Below are positions 39,221-48,534 of a DNA stretch of 64,000 bases, one piece after another. The translations under genes were made by a program, and so were the position numbers. Source of the stretch: Chloroflexota bacterium (GTDB taxonomy: Bacteria; Chloroflexota; Dehalococcoidia; Lucifugimonadales; Lucifugimonadaceae); the NCBI GenBank assembly GCA_002717385.1, contig PBDR01000017.1:8847-72846 (forward strand), written 5' to 3'. Position 1 is the first letter of the stretch, and each line of letters begins with the position of its first letter. The notes beneath the pieces were generated by a model. The model made no database searches and was not told the origin of the DNA. It saw only the letters and a list, made by a program, of their open reading frames with translations.

Positions 39221-41214
39221 TCTTTTACTAGTCTGATCAATCTACCTGCAACACCCAAAACAACATTATGATCTAGTTTAATAAGATCTGTAGATGGTAT
39301 CCCATTGACTCTGATAGAGGGATCATTGATTTTCGGGTCTTTTTCTAATATTATGCTTTTTTTCCTAAATATAAACACACCTCCAGAAAAAGGTAAATTA
39401 TATATTTCTGTAGCATAAATTCTATTGCGGCTAAAAATCAATTTGTTAAGTGGTCGTTTTAAATTTTTGAAATCAACTATTAGATTATCTTGATCATCTA
39501 ATAGTCGGCCATAGGGAGCAAATCTAGAAAAATAAAAAAACAATCCACCTACTAAAATAGCCAAGAAAAAAATTACGAATAATCCGATTCTAATATATTG
39601 CAATAGCGTTTCGGTAAATGGAACTAATATCTTAACATTAATAGCCTCGTCAGGTATATTTGAAGAAAAATTCTTATCAAGATATTTACCAGAAAGGGAA
39701 GCACTGATCTTATACAAACCTGTATCAGGAAATATTACAAAAATATTAAATTTCCAATATTTTTTTTCTTCTACTACATCTATAGGTACAAGTTCTATGA
39801 TTGTATCTGATTCTAAAAATTCATTAAATACCATTAATTCAATTTCGTCTGTAGAAACATAATATGGATAATCAGATTTTTTTGTCGTAATTTGACCAAT
39901 ATATATTTTTTCGTCTAATTGAACTTCAACTGATTTATCAACTGTTAGATTAATATAAGGAAAATACTCGGTTCTAAATGAAAAATCATGAGTAATTATT
40001 GCAGAAGAAGAGTTCCAGGATATTCTTAATTCAGCATCGTTAATTCCTTGATTTTGATTTGGCAGAAACTTAGTTGAATAAATACCATCAGATTCAATTT
40101 TATCTCCGTTATAACCAGTATCAAAAAATTCGTACATAGCAATTTTACCGGTAGGATCTTTTATTAATGCTTCTATCTTAGAATTTGAAATAACAATTTT
40201 TGGATCTAGATTGTCGATTTTAACTTCTAATAATATTTCTTCACTAACAGGATAAACAGGATCACCTATATAAGAAATATTAATATCATTCCGAAAATTA
40301 ACTAGGGATTTAAAATAAGAATTTTCACCATCTGCTCTTATCAACCATTTACCAGCATCAGGGTTTTGAATAGAAAAAAAATCAAAATTTTTGGTCGTGT
40401 TGATATAAATATTCGCAGTCGAATTATTTATTTGTTGACCATCAGGCATATATATTTCAGGAAAAATATAGGGTTTTTTTATCAGAATTACTTTTAATTC
40501 CGTAGTATATGGTGGAATATCAAAACTCTTCAATGTTGGAACATCCTTAGTTAAATTAACATTTAGGATTTCTTGAAATTTACTACCTGTAATATCATTC
40601 AGTAAAGAATTTACCCCAATAGAATCCCCCAAATCATAAAATTTTCCATTAGTATTATCTGAAACACTTTTAAAAATTTCCCTAACCGAAATCTCAGAAG
40701 AAGGCAACATTAATATATCTATTGCCCAACCTTCTTTTTTAAAAAGATCAGATAGATCCAAAAATCTATTTTTAGTGTTTTCTGATTCTCCTAATATTGT
40801 CCCATTTGTAATTAAGTAAACTTTTGAACCAAATTTCGCATCATTATTACTCAAATATGAATATATTTCACTTAAATTTCCTAATTGATCGGATTTTTTG
40901 TTTTTAGCATCATATCCTTTTATGATAGTTAAATCTTCTAAAATTTGGCTTTTAGGAACATTAGAAATTATTTTAGATATGCTACGATTGAATTCACCAT
41001 AAATACCAGAAGCAAACAATTTTTCATCATTAACACTGATTAACGTAATTATTGATTCTAGTAAATCTAAATCTACTTCGTTTTCCGCTGCACCTTGATC
41101 CATAATAATTACATTTTTGGTCCCTGAATTATCTTCAGCTAATAAAAAATTAGAATATGGGTTAGAAGATATAAATAATGTAGCAACTAACATTGCTATT
41201 GAAATGACCTTCAT
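39217..41214 (-). CDS. Large secreted, single-pass membrane-anchored hypothetical protein (vWA-like head, beta-rich middle, cytoplasmic FHA-like tail)
   Basis: 665 aa with an N-terminal signal peptide and an alternating beta/alpha segment at residues ~30-210. One TM (IRIGLFVIFFLAILVGGLFFYF) lies near residue 545. C-terminal ~100 aa contain ..SIRVNGIPSTDLIKLDHNVVLGVAGRLIRL. Confidence 0.6.
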   Translation of the reverse strand: MKVISIAMLVATLFISSNPYSNFLLAEDNSGTKNVIIMDQGAAENEVDLDLLESIITLISVNDEKLFASGIYGEFNRSISKIISNVPKSQILEDLTIIKGYDAKNKKSDQLGNLSEIYSYLSNNDAKFGSKVYLITNGTILGESENTKNRFLDLSDLFKKEGWAIDILMLPSSEISVREIFKSVSDNTNGKFYDLGDSIGVNSLLNDITGSKFQEILNVNLTKDVPTLKSFDIPPYTTELKVILIKKPYIFPEIYMPDGQQINNSTANIYINTTKNFDFFSIQNPDAGKWLIRADGENSYFKSLVNFRNDINISYIGDPVYPVSEEILLEVKIDNLDPKIVISNSKIEALIKDPTGKIAMYEFFDTGYNGDKIESDGIYSTKFLPNQNQGINDAELRISWNSSSAIITHDFSFRTEYFPYINLTVDKSVEVQLDEKIYIGQITTKKSDYPYYVSTDEIELMVFNEFLESDTIIELVPIDVVEEKKYWKFNIFVIFPDTGLYKISASLSGKYLDKNFSSNIPDEAINVKILVPFTETLLQYIRIGLFVIFFLAILVGGLFFYFSRFAPYGRLLDDQDNLIVDFKNLKRPLNKLIFSRNRIYATEIYNLPFSGGVFIFRKKSIILEKDPKINDPSIRVNGIPSTDLIKLDHNVVLGVAGRLIRLVKD

Positions 41215-41398
41215 TCTATATAAATTTACCTTGTTGCGAATTGTTATAGGTCCTAGAACAGATAATACTGATAAATCAGATGTAATTGCTCTATAAATTA
41301 ATTACGAGTTTAATAAACATTTTGATTTAGATATGGATTGACCACATGCATTTGAGTAAATAAACTCGAACTTATATATATATAAATGGAGCTAAATA

Positions 41399-42583
41399 AT
41401 GAAAATAACCTCTGTAAATAGTTACTATATCTCAGATAAATCACAAAATAACTGGGGAGGAGGTAAGGAATATTTTATAGTAAAGATCGAAACAGATATT
41501 GGCCATTATGGACTTGGAGAAGTTGGAATTATTAAATGGGGAAATTCTATAGCATATGCAATAAAACACTTATCAGAATTAATTATCGGTTCTGACCCAT
41601 GGGAAACAGAAAGATTATGGCAAGAAATGTTTAGGTCTAGTTTTTTTCCAGCAGACAAAGTATACACTTGTGCTATTTCTGCAATAGATATTGCACTGTG
41701 GGATATAAAAGGTAAATCAGTTGAAAAGCCAGTATATAAACTTTTAGGTGGTCCAGTAAGAAATAAAGTCATCTGTTATCCTCATACTCAAGGCAGTAAC
41801 ATCAAAGAATTAGTTGAAAGTTGTAAAAAAGCAGTAGATGACGGATGGAAATTTGTCAGATGGGGGCTACCCGAAAGTTCTAGTATTCACCAAAAAAATC
41901 AAGAGATTTCAATTTTAGAACCAACAAAATCTATGAGAATAGCTGTAGAACAAATGTCTAAAGTGAGAGAATCTGTTGGTCCTGATATACAAATTTGTTT
42001 TGATGTACATACCAGACTAGATACTGCACATGTTGTTCAAATGTGTAAAGATTTAGAAGAATTTAAACCTTTTTTCATAGAAGATCCTATTAGATCTGAA
42101 AATCCTGGTAGCTATAAAAACTTAAGACCCCAGATTAGATTACCTATAGCTGCAGGAGAACAATGGGGAACAAAATGGCCTTTCAGAGAAGTAATTGAAG
42201 ATGAATCAATAGATTATGCTAGAATAGATTTATGTATAGTTGGTGGTATTACTGAAGCACTAAAAATCACCCATTGGGCGGAAACTCACTATATAGATAT
42301 TGCCCCTCATAATCCTTTAGGTCCAATTTCCGCTGCGGCATGTGTTTCTTTATCAATGGCTTCTACAAACGTAGGAGTACAAGAAATGCCGCAAAAACCC
42401 GGATCTTACTCTACTAAATTGTTCCCTAAACAAATTAATTGGGAAGATGGATTTGCTTGGTGCCCAGATGAACCTGGCTTGGGAGTAGATATTGATATGA
42501 ATGAAATAGAAAAATCAATCATCGAACCTTTGGGTTTTCCACCGAGGCTAAGAAGAGAAGATGGTTCTATAACAAATTGGTAA
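41399..42583 (+). CDS. Enolase-superfamily enzyme, mannonate/galactonate-dehydratase-like
   Basis: 394 aa. ISAIDIALWDIKGK, CFDVHTRL, FIEDP, AAGEQW, APHNPLGP. The His of the DgoD-type H-D dyad appears replaced (RIDLCIVGG). Confidence 0.8.
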   Translation: MKITSVNSYYISDKSQNNWGGGKEYFIVKIETDIGHYGLGEVGIIKWGNSIAYAIKHLSELIIGSDPWETERLWQEMFRSSFFPADKVYTCAISAIDIALWDIKGKSVEKPVYKLLGGPVRNKVICYPHTQGSNIKELVESCKKAVDDGWKFVRWGLPESSSIHQKNQEISILEPTKSMRIAVEQMSKVRESVGPDIQICFDVHTRLDTAHVVQMCKDLEEFKPFFIEDPIRSENPGSYKNLRPQIRLPIAAGEQWGTKWPFREVIEDESIDYARIDLCIVGGITEALKITHWAETHYIDIAPHNPLGPISAAACVSLSMASTNVGVQEMPQKPGSYSTKLFPKQINWEDGFAWCPDEPGLGVDIDMNEIEKSIIEPLGFPPRLRREDGSITNW

Positions 42584-42607
42584 AAAATAAAATTTAAGGA
42601 GAAAATT

Positions 42608-42859
42608 ATGCCTTTTTTAAGGTTACCTTCATTATATGGTTTCATAGCAGTATTACTATTTTTAGTAATGTCACTAAACTCTTTCCAAAATGATCAATCT
42701 GGTTCAGGAATTTTATGGGGAATTACTGCAATAGCTTATTTCTTGAGAAATATTCCAAAATTCTTTATTTTTGGTTTTATTAATATTTTTGCATTTATAC
42801 TGCTCATTATAGGTGCAGGTGGAATAATACTTAGTTCTTTAGAACTTTTTAATTTTTAA
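42608..42859 (+). CDS. Small hypothetical membrane protein
   Basis: 83 aa with three hydrophobic segments. GGAG-containing leader 24 nt after the enolase gene. Confidence 0.4.
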   Translation: MPFLRLPSLYGFIAVLLFLVMSLNSFQNDQSGSGILWGITAIAYFLRNIPKFFIFGFINIFAFILLIIGAGGIILSSLELFNF

Positions 42860-42864
42860 AAAAA

Positions 42865-43632
42865 CTAATCTATCGAAGCTCCACCATCGATTATCATATT
42901 CGTTCCAGTCATGAAAGATGATTCGTCAGAAGCTAAAAATAATGCCCCATATGCTATCTCTTCTGGTCGTCCCATCCTGTTTAAAAGAGCATCTTTCCCA
43001 AACTCTCTATAAGATTCTTCATGATCAAGACCTAGACGTTCAATATGTATATCAGTTGCACGTGTTTTTATTGATCCAGGAGAAACTGCATTTACTCTTA
43101 TATTTTCTTTAGCAAGATCCATTGCTAAACAACGTGTTAATTGTAATACTGCACCTTTAGAAGAATTATATGGAACAAATTCAGGTTGGGCTATGAATGA
43201 AGATACTGAAGCAATATTTACTATCACTCCTTTGTTATTTTCCCTAAATGAAGGTAGTACTTCCCTAACACAGTTAGCGTATCCAATTACATTCACTCCA
43301 AAAACCTTTGACCAATCATCATTAGTAATTGTTTCCACAGTACCAAATACAAAAGCGGCTGCATTATTTATCAATATATCAATTTCTCCAATTTCTTCAA
43401 TTGAAGATTGTATTAGATTCTTAACAGATTCTGAGTTGGAAGTATCTACATTTCGATATATAGCTTTATTACCAATATTAGTAATATCTTCAACAATTTT
43501 TTTCCCACTAAAATCTTCAATATCGGCAACAACTACATTTGCACCTTCATTAGAAAATAACTTAGCTATTGATGCACCAATTCCATTTCCTGAACCAGTT
43601 ACTATAACATTCTTTGATTTGAGTCTATTCAT
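42865..43632 (-). CDS. Short-chain dehydrogenase/reductase (SDR)
   Basis: TGSGNGIGASIA, NNAA, YNSSKGA. Confidence 0.85.
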   Translation of the reverse strand: MNRLKSKNVIVTGSGNGIGASIAKLFSNEGANVVVADIEDFSGKKIVEDITNIGNKAIYRNVDTSNSESVKNLIQSSIEEIGEIDILINNAAAFVFGTVETITNDDWSKVFGVNVIGYANCVREVLPSFRENNKGVIVNIASVSSFIAQPEFVPYNSSKGAVLQLTRCLAMDLAKENIRVNAVSPGSIKTRATDIHIERLGLDHEESYREFGKDALLNRMGRPEEIAYGALFLASDESSFMTGTNMIIDGGASID

Positions 43633-43734
43633 ATATTAATCTCCGGTATAATAAAAAATATTGAACTTTTTTAATTTAATTATTGTCAGCATATATTCAA
43701 TTTTTTATGATGTCCACGATCTGGAAATAAAATT

Positions 43735-44337
43735 ATGATTAACAAGGGATTTAACCAAAAAAATAATTTAAGTAATAAAAAAAAATTACCTCCTGGACAA
43801 TATTTAGTAGATTATTTGCCTATCCTAACTGCAGGACCTACACCAAAAATTGATTTAAAACTTTGGAATCTAGAAATTTATGACAATCAAGATTTAATGA
43901 AATCTTTTACATGGGAAAAGTTCCTTAAATTACCACAATCAGAATTTTTCACAGATATACATTGCGTTACCAAATGGTCTTTATTTGATACTGTCTGGAA
44001 AGGAGTATATCTTGAGGACATATTAGAAAAATCTAGTATAAATTTTTCATCTGGATATATATATGTTTCATGTTATGGAGGATATACGACAAACATTCCT
44101 ATAAAAGACATCAATAATAAAAAAGGAATGATCGCACATAGCTACAATTCAAAACCATTAGAACCTCCACATGGTGGTCCGGCAAGATTAATTGTGCCAC
44201 ACCTATATTTTTGGAAATCGGCAAAATGGATCAAATCTATACATGTAATTGACAAAGATAAACCTGGTTTTTGGGAATCATATGGATATCATATGTACGG
44301 TGACCCTTGGAAAGAACAAAGATATTATAGTGATTGA
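43735..44337 (+). CDS. Sulfite-oxidase-fold molybdopterin-binding oxidoreductase domain protein
   Basis: 200 aa. FFTDIHCVTKWS (candidate Mo-ligand Cys), GGPARLIVPHLYFWKSAKW. Confidence 0.75.
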   Translation: MINKGFNQKNNLSNKKKLPPGQYLVDYLPILTAGPTPKIDLKLWNLEIYDNQDLMKSFTWEKFLKLPQSEFFTDIHCVTKWSLFDTVWKGVYLEDILEKSSINFSSGYIYVSCYGGYTTNIPIKDINNKKGMIAHSYNSKPLEPPHGGPARLIVPHLYFWKSAKWIKSIHVIDKDKPGFWESYGYHMYGDPWKEQRYYSD

Positions 44338-44352
44338 AAATATTTAGGTAAA

Positions 44353-45072
44353 ATGAATTGGAATATAGGTAACATAGAAAGTATTTTCAGTATTAGTCCC
44401 AGGGTAAAAGTTTTTAAGTTAAAACTAAAAAATAATCCCAAAAAAATAATAGCTGGGCAATACTTCGATATTAGATTAACTGCTGAAAATGGTTTCCAAG
44501 CACAAAGAAGCTATTCGATTAGCTCATCTCCAAAAAATTTAAAGTTTATAGAATTTACTATAAGCAAATCTCCTAACGGTGAAGTTTCAGAATATTTGCA
44601 CAACAATTTACAGATTGGTGACAAAATTGAAGTCAAAGGTCCTTTAGGCAATTATTTTAATTGGATACCTACCAATAATGATCAAATAATTTTTTTTGCG
44701 GGAGGGACAGGGATTTCTCCATTTATGTCAATGATTCGTCATAAAATAGAAACTCAAAATAACTCAAAATTTAAACTCATGTTTTCATCTAGAACAATTA
44801 AGGATATTCTTTTTTTTGATGAACTGAATAAATATACAATTCTAGATCCTTCATTCGATATGAAAATCACTTTAACAAGGGAAAAAAGTTCATTGTGGAA
44901 AGGTTTGACAGGAAGATTTTCAATCAATGAAATTGAAAAATCATTACATAATATTGATAAGAATTCAGTAAATTATATTTGTGGTCCTACAAATTTCGTA
45001 GAAAAAATTTCTAGTATCATTCTTGATTTAGGAGTAAATTACGATCTTATTAAAACTGAAAGATTTGGATAA
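44353..45072 (+). CDS. Ferredoxin-NADP-reductase-like FAD/NAD(P)-binding oxidoreductase
   Basis: RSYSISS (RxYS FAD motif), GGTGISP, CGP near the C-terminus. Starts 15 nt after the Mo-domain gene. Confidence 0.75.
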   Translation: MNWNIGNIESIFSISPRVKVFKLKLKNNPKKIIAGQYFDIRLTAENGFQAQRSYSISSSPKNLKFIEFTISKSPNGEVSEYLHNNLQIGDKIEVKGPLGNYFNWIPTNNDQIIFFAGGTGISPFMSMIRHKIETQNNSKFKLMFSSRTIKDILFFDELNKYTILDPSFDMKITLTREKSSLWKGLTGRFSINEIEKSLHNIDKNSVNYICGPTNFVEKISSIILDLGVNYDLIKTERFG

Positions 45073-45089
45073 AACTTATAAATTTAAAT

Positions 45090-45668
45090 TTACTTAGGGT
45101 AATCTAATTTTAAATTACATTTATAGTCCGATTTTTTAGAATCCTTAAAAACCTTCACAGGAGGATACAAATTCGCTCTTCTTACTGGTCTTTTACGATC
45201 TTTAACTAAACTCATAGGTAATGGAAGTACGACATTCTGTGAGCCTGCAATTATTCCACTGGGATCATGAACTAAATTCGGTCCCCCTTCTGCCTCAACC
45301 AACCAGTATTGATTGTTAGAAGACACAGTACTTTGATTTTTAATTTCTGTAACATTCCAAATCAATTCTCCTCCAGCTTCAGTAATAAGCCAATCATACA
45401 TAGTTTGATCACTTGGCCAAACTACATATGGGACTTTATTTTCACTGAGCTGTATATAACCGCCAGCACTCACAACAATATTAGCTCTTTCAACATCACC
45501 TATCCCGTAATGTTTAAACCATAAATCCGTTTTTCCTGAAGGAGCAGGACATTTTTGTAAATCAAGTTTTACAATCTCAATTATTTCTTCGTTAGATTTT
45601 TTTTCAGTACATGAAAAAAGAAAAAAACTAAAGAAAAATAAACTGATTGGTAAAAAAAAATATCTCAT
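45090..45668 (-). CDS. Hypothetical lipoprotein
   Basis: 192 aa with a signal peptide and LFSC lipobox. No domain recognised. Confidence 0.5.
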   Translation of the reverse strand: MRYFFLPISLFFFSFFLFSCTEKKSNEEIIEIVKLDLQKCPAPSGKTDLWFKHYGIGDVERANIVVSAGGYIQLSENKVPYVVWPSDQTMYDWLITEAGGELIWNVTEIKNQSTVSSNNQYWLVEAEGGPNLVHDPSGIIAGSQNVVLPLPMSLVKDRKRPVRRANLYPPVKVFKDSKKSDYKCNLKLDYPK

Positions 45669-45689
45669 TGTAAACTAATAATAATGATG

Positions 45690-46505
45690 TTAATTACCTT
45701 GAAATTTCGGGAGTCTTTTTTCCATAAACGCTCTTCTACCTTCGACATAATCTTTACTTTCAAAGCATTCTTGAACCATTTTATTAACCTTCATAATATC
45801 TCTATCATCAGGATCTTTTATGCCTTCATTCACAGCAGATTTTATAGATCTAATTGTTAAAGGAGCATTATTAACAATATTATCAGTTATTTTATGGATA
45901 TAAGAATCTATTTTTTTAATTCCAATAACTGAATTTACTAATCCCATTCTTAATGCTTCTTCAGAATTAAATTTCCTTCCGGTAAAAAAAATTTCTTTCG
46001 TATAAGATGGTCCTACTAATTCCATTAGTTGTTTGACTCCAGCATACCTATAACCAACACCCAACTTAGCTGCTGGAACAGCAAATAATGAATCATTAGA
46101 AGCAATTCGTATATCTGCAGATAAAGCTATAGCTAACCCACCCCCAATACAATAACCTTTAATCATAGCAATTAATGGCTTTTCAGATGTTAACAATGAT
46201 ATGTTTGCTGCATTAGTTGCTTGATCGTATATTTCTACTTGCTTTTTAGTATTGCGTTTATCTTCAAATTCTGAAATATCTGCTCCTGATACAAATGACT
46301 TATTTCCTGCACCAGATATTACAATAACTCGTACTTCGGAGTTTGAATTAAAATAATCTATTATCTTCGGTATAGATTTCCACATATCAAAAGATACAGC
46401 ATTTCTTTTTTTTGGTTGATTAAAAATCATCCACCCAACTCCATTTTCTGATTTTACAATCATTCGATCAGTATTAAGTAACAAATCTTTCATTTTAAAA
46501 CGCAC
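45690..46505 (-). CDS. Enoyl-CoA hydratase/isomerase (crotonase) family
   Basis: VIVISGAGNKSFVSGADISEF, GYCIGGGLAIALSADIRIA. Confidence 0.85.
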   Translation of the reverse strand: MRFKMKDLLLNTDRMIVKSENGVGWMIFNQPKKRNAVSFDMWKSIPKIIDYFNSNSEVRVIVISGAGNKSFVSGADISEFEDKRNTKKQVEIYDQATNAANISLLTSEKPLIAMIKGYCIGGGLAIALSADIRIASNDSLFAVPAAKLGVGYRYAGVKQLMELVGPSYTKEIFFTGRKFNSEEALRMGLVNSVIGIKKIDSYIHKITDNIVNNAPLTIRSIKSAVNEGIKDPDDRDIMKVNKMVQECFESKDYVEGRRAFMEKRLPKFQGN

Positions 46506-46514
46506 ACCCTTTTA

Positions 46515-47681
46515 TTAAATTACCTTATCGATTCGAAATTGATTTATATCCTCTTGAGAGTACCCAATTTCTAATAAAATTTCGTCGGTATGTTCACCTT
46601 GATCAGGTGTTGGACTTCGAACAGAAGAAAAAGTACGACTAAGTTTAATAGCCTGATTAACTACATTGAATATACCCAGTCGTGGATGTTCGATTGGTAC
46701 ACTCATATTAAGTTCCTTAACTTGCGGATCCGAAAAAACTTTATCTATAGTATATATAGGACCTGCTGGACATCCATTTTCATTAAGTAATTTTATCCAA
46801 TATTTGCTTGTTTTTTTTAAAGTAATTATAGAAATTTCTTTATTCATTAAATCTCTGTTTTTTAGCCTCAAATCAGAAGTTTTAAATCTTTCATCATAAA
46901 TAAGATGTTCTGCATTCATAGCTTTACACATTCGTTCATAAATAACCCCACCTGCAGAAGCAATATTAATATGCCCATCAGAAGTAGGAAAAACTCCTGT
47001 AGGTACACTAGTAGGATGATCATTTCCTGTACTTTCAGGAATCTCATTATCTTTAAGATATCGAGCAGCTTGAAAATCTAGCATTTGTATTTGAGCTTCT
47101 AATAAAGAAGTTGTCACCCATTGTCCTTTCCCAGATACTTCACGTTCCAACAATGCTAAAAGTATACCTTGGGCACAAAAAATTCCAGCACATAAATCGG
47201 CAATTGGAATTCCGACTCTCATTGGACCATATCCAGGTTTACCTGTAATAGACATTAACCCACCCATGCCTTGAGCAACCTGATCAAATCCGGGTCTCGA
47301 AGCATATGGACCACTTTGTCCAAAACCTGAAATACTTGCAAGTATGATTTTTGGGTTTATTTTTGATAATATTTTATAATCGATACCTAACCTAAATTTG
47401 ACATCTGGTCGATAATTTTCAACAACAATATCTGATTGTTTAATCAATTTATAAAATATAGATTTTCCTATGTCAGATTTTAGATTTATAGTAATTGATC
47501 TTTTATTTCTGTGAAGATTTTGGAAATCAAAACCATCTCTATCTCCCCCTAAATCTTCTTTACCATCTGGTGGAACTTCTACTTTTATTACATTAGCTCC
47601 CCAATCGGAAAGTTGCTTAACGCAAGTAGGACCAGATCTTACACGTGTTAAATCAATAACTTTAAATTTAGATAATGGCAT
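46515..47681 (-). CDS. Family III CoA-transferase (CaiB/BaiF type)
   Basis: FKVIDLTRVRSGPTCVKQLSDWGANVIKVE, VENYRPDV, GIPIADL. Confidence 0.85.
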   Translation of the reverse strand: MPLSKFKVIDLTRVRSGPTCVKQLSDWGANVIKVEVPPDGKEDLGGDRDGFDFQNLHRNKRSITINLKSDIGKSIFYKLIKQSDIVVENYRPDVKFRLGIDYKILSKINPKIILASISGFGQSGPYASRPGFDQVAQGMGGLMSITGKPGYGPMRVGIPIADLCAGIFCAQGILLALLEREVSGKGQWVTTSLLEAQIQMLDFQAARYLKDNEIPESTGNDHPTSVPTGVFPTSDGHINIASAGGVIYERMCKAMNAEHLIYDERFKTSDLRLKNRDLMNKEISIITLKKTSKYWIKLLNENGCPAGPIYTIDKVFSDPQVKELNMSVPIEHPRLGIFNVVNQAIKLSRTFSSVRSPTPDQGEHTDEILLEIGYSQEDINQFRIDKVI

Positions 47682-47725
47682 GATTTTTTCTTTTTATCTT
47701 TTTAAAGGAAATATATATATGATTT

Positions 47726-48433
47726 TCATCTATTACTACGTCTACCCTTTAATACACTAAAAAATCTATCTTGATATTCATCAAAAAGTCCCCAATTCTC
47801 CAATTCATTATGCAATCTTGAAGGATCAAGATCACCTTGTTTAACTTGTAAAAACATATCATCAATCCTTACTCTAGCATCATTAGGAATACCGTTGATT
47901 ATATCTAATCTTCCGCTATTTTTAAATTGTTCTTTATTTGAAGAAAAGGATTGATTAGTCCAATCAAAAATAAATTTCATTAATGAAACATCCCATAATT
48001 CATCTACCCCAATTATTACAGCTTCTAAAGATCGGGATTCCTTGTCAATTTTTTTTGCTATACGCTCTGCTACTTGTTCAGGATTATTAGATACAATCTG
48101 GGTTTCTTTAGGCTGATTATGATAAGTGTAAAGTATCCCTGGATCATTTGCTTGACCTCTTCTTATAAGCTCTTTTAAAAACTCTTGAGCTTGATCTCCA
48201 AATCCTACTGCCCTAGACAAAAAATTTGGTGTCACTATTTTTGGAGTTTCTGCTCTCACAATTCCGCGCCTTACAATAGATTCTTCTTTTCTATGATCAA
48301 TATTTATTGCTTGATATAAGGGTTGGGTAACTAAATTATAAGTGACCGTAGTTGTTCCAAATGCATATATTTCCTGTTTAGGAGGTCTTACGATTAGGGT
48401 ATTTAGTAGAACCTTTAAATGTTTGGGATCCAT
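47726..48433 (-). CDS. Hypothetical protein, no domain recognised
   Basis: 235-aa soluble-looking ORF with balanced composition and its own intergenic spacers. Confidence 0.55.
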   Translation of the reverse strand: MDPKHLKVLLNTLIVRPPKQEIYAFGTTTVTYNLVTQPLYQAINIDHRKEESIVRRGIVRAETPKIVTPNFLSRAVGFGDQAQEFLKELIRRGQANDPGILYTYHNQPKETQIVSNNPEQVAERIAKKIDKESRSLEAVIIGVDELWDVSLMKFIFDWTNQSFSSNKEQFKNSGRLDIINGIPNDARVRIDDMFLQVKQGDLDPSRLHNELENWGLFDEYQDRFFSVLKGRRSNR

Positions 48434-48534
48434 ATAATAAATTTTATCACTGCTAAAATATATAACTTATTTTATAACTATTTAGTATATTTGTGAATTT
48501 ATTTAGAGAGCACAAAAGTTTTTGGGGAAAATTA

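Noticed and set aside
43193-43639. 148-aa plus-strand ORF opposite the SDR gene (also 42918-43112, 46590-46899, 51850-52575, 54041-54565, 55046-55270, 55931-56191, 57340-57543, 59224-59445, 59682-59984, 62386-62676, 63069-63515)
   Set aside because: All are embedded antisense or out-of-frame within ORFs that carry diagnostic motifs. Nothing supports independent coding.
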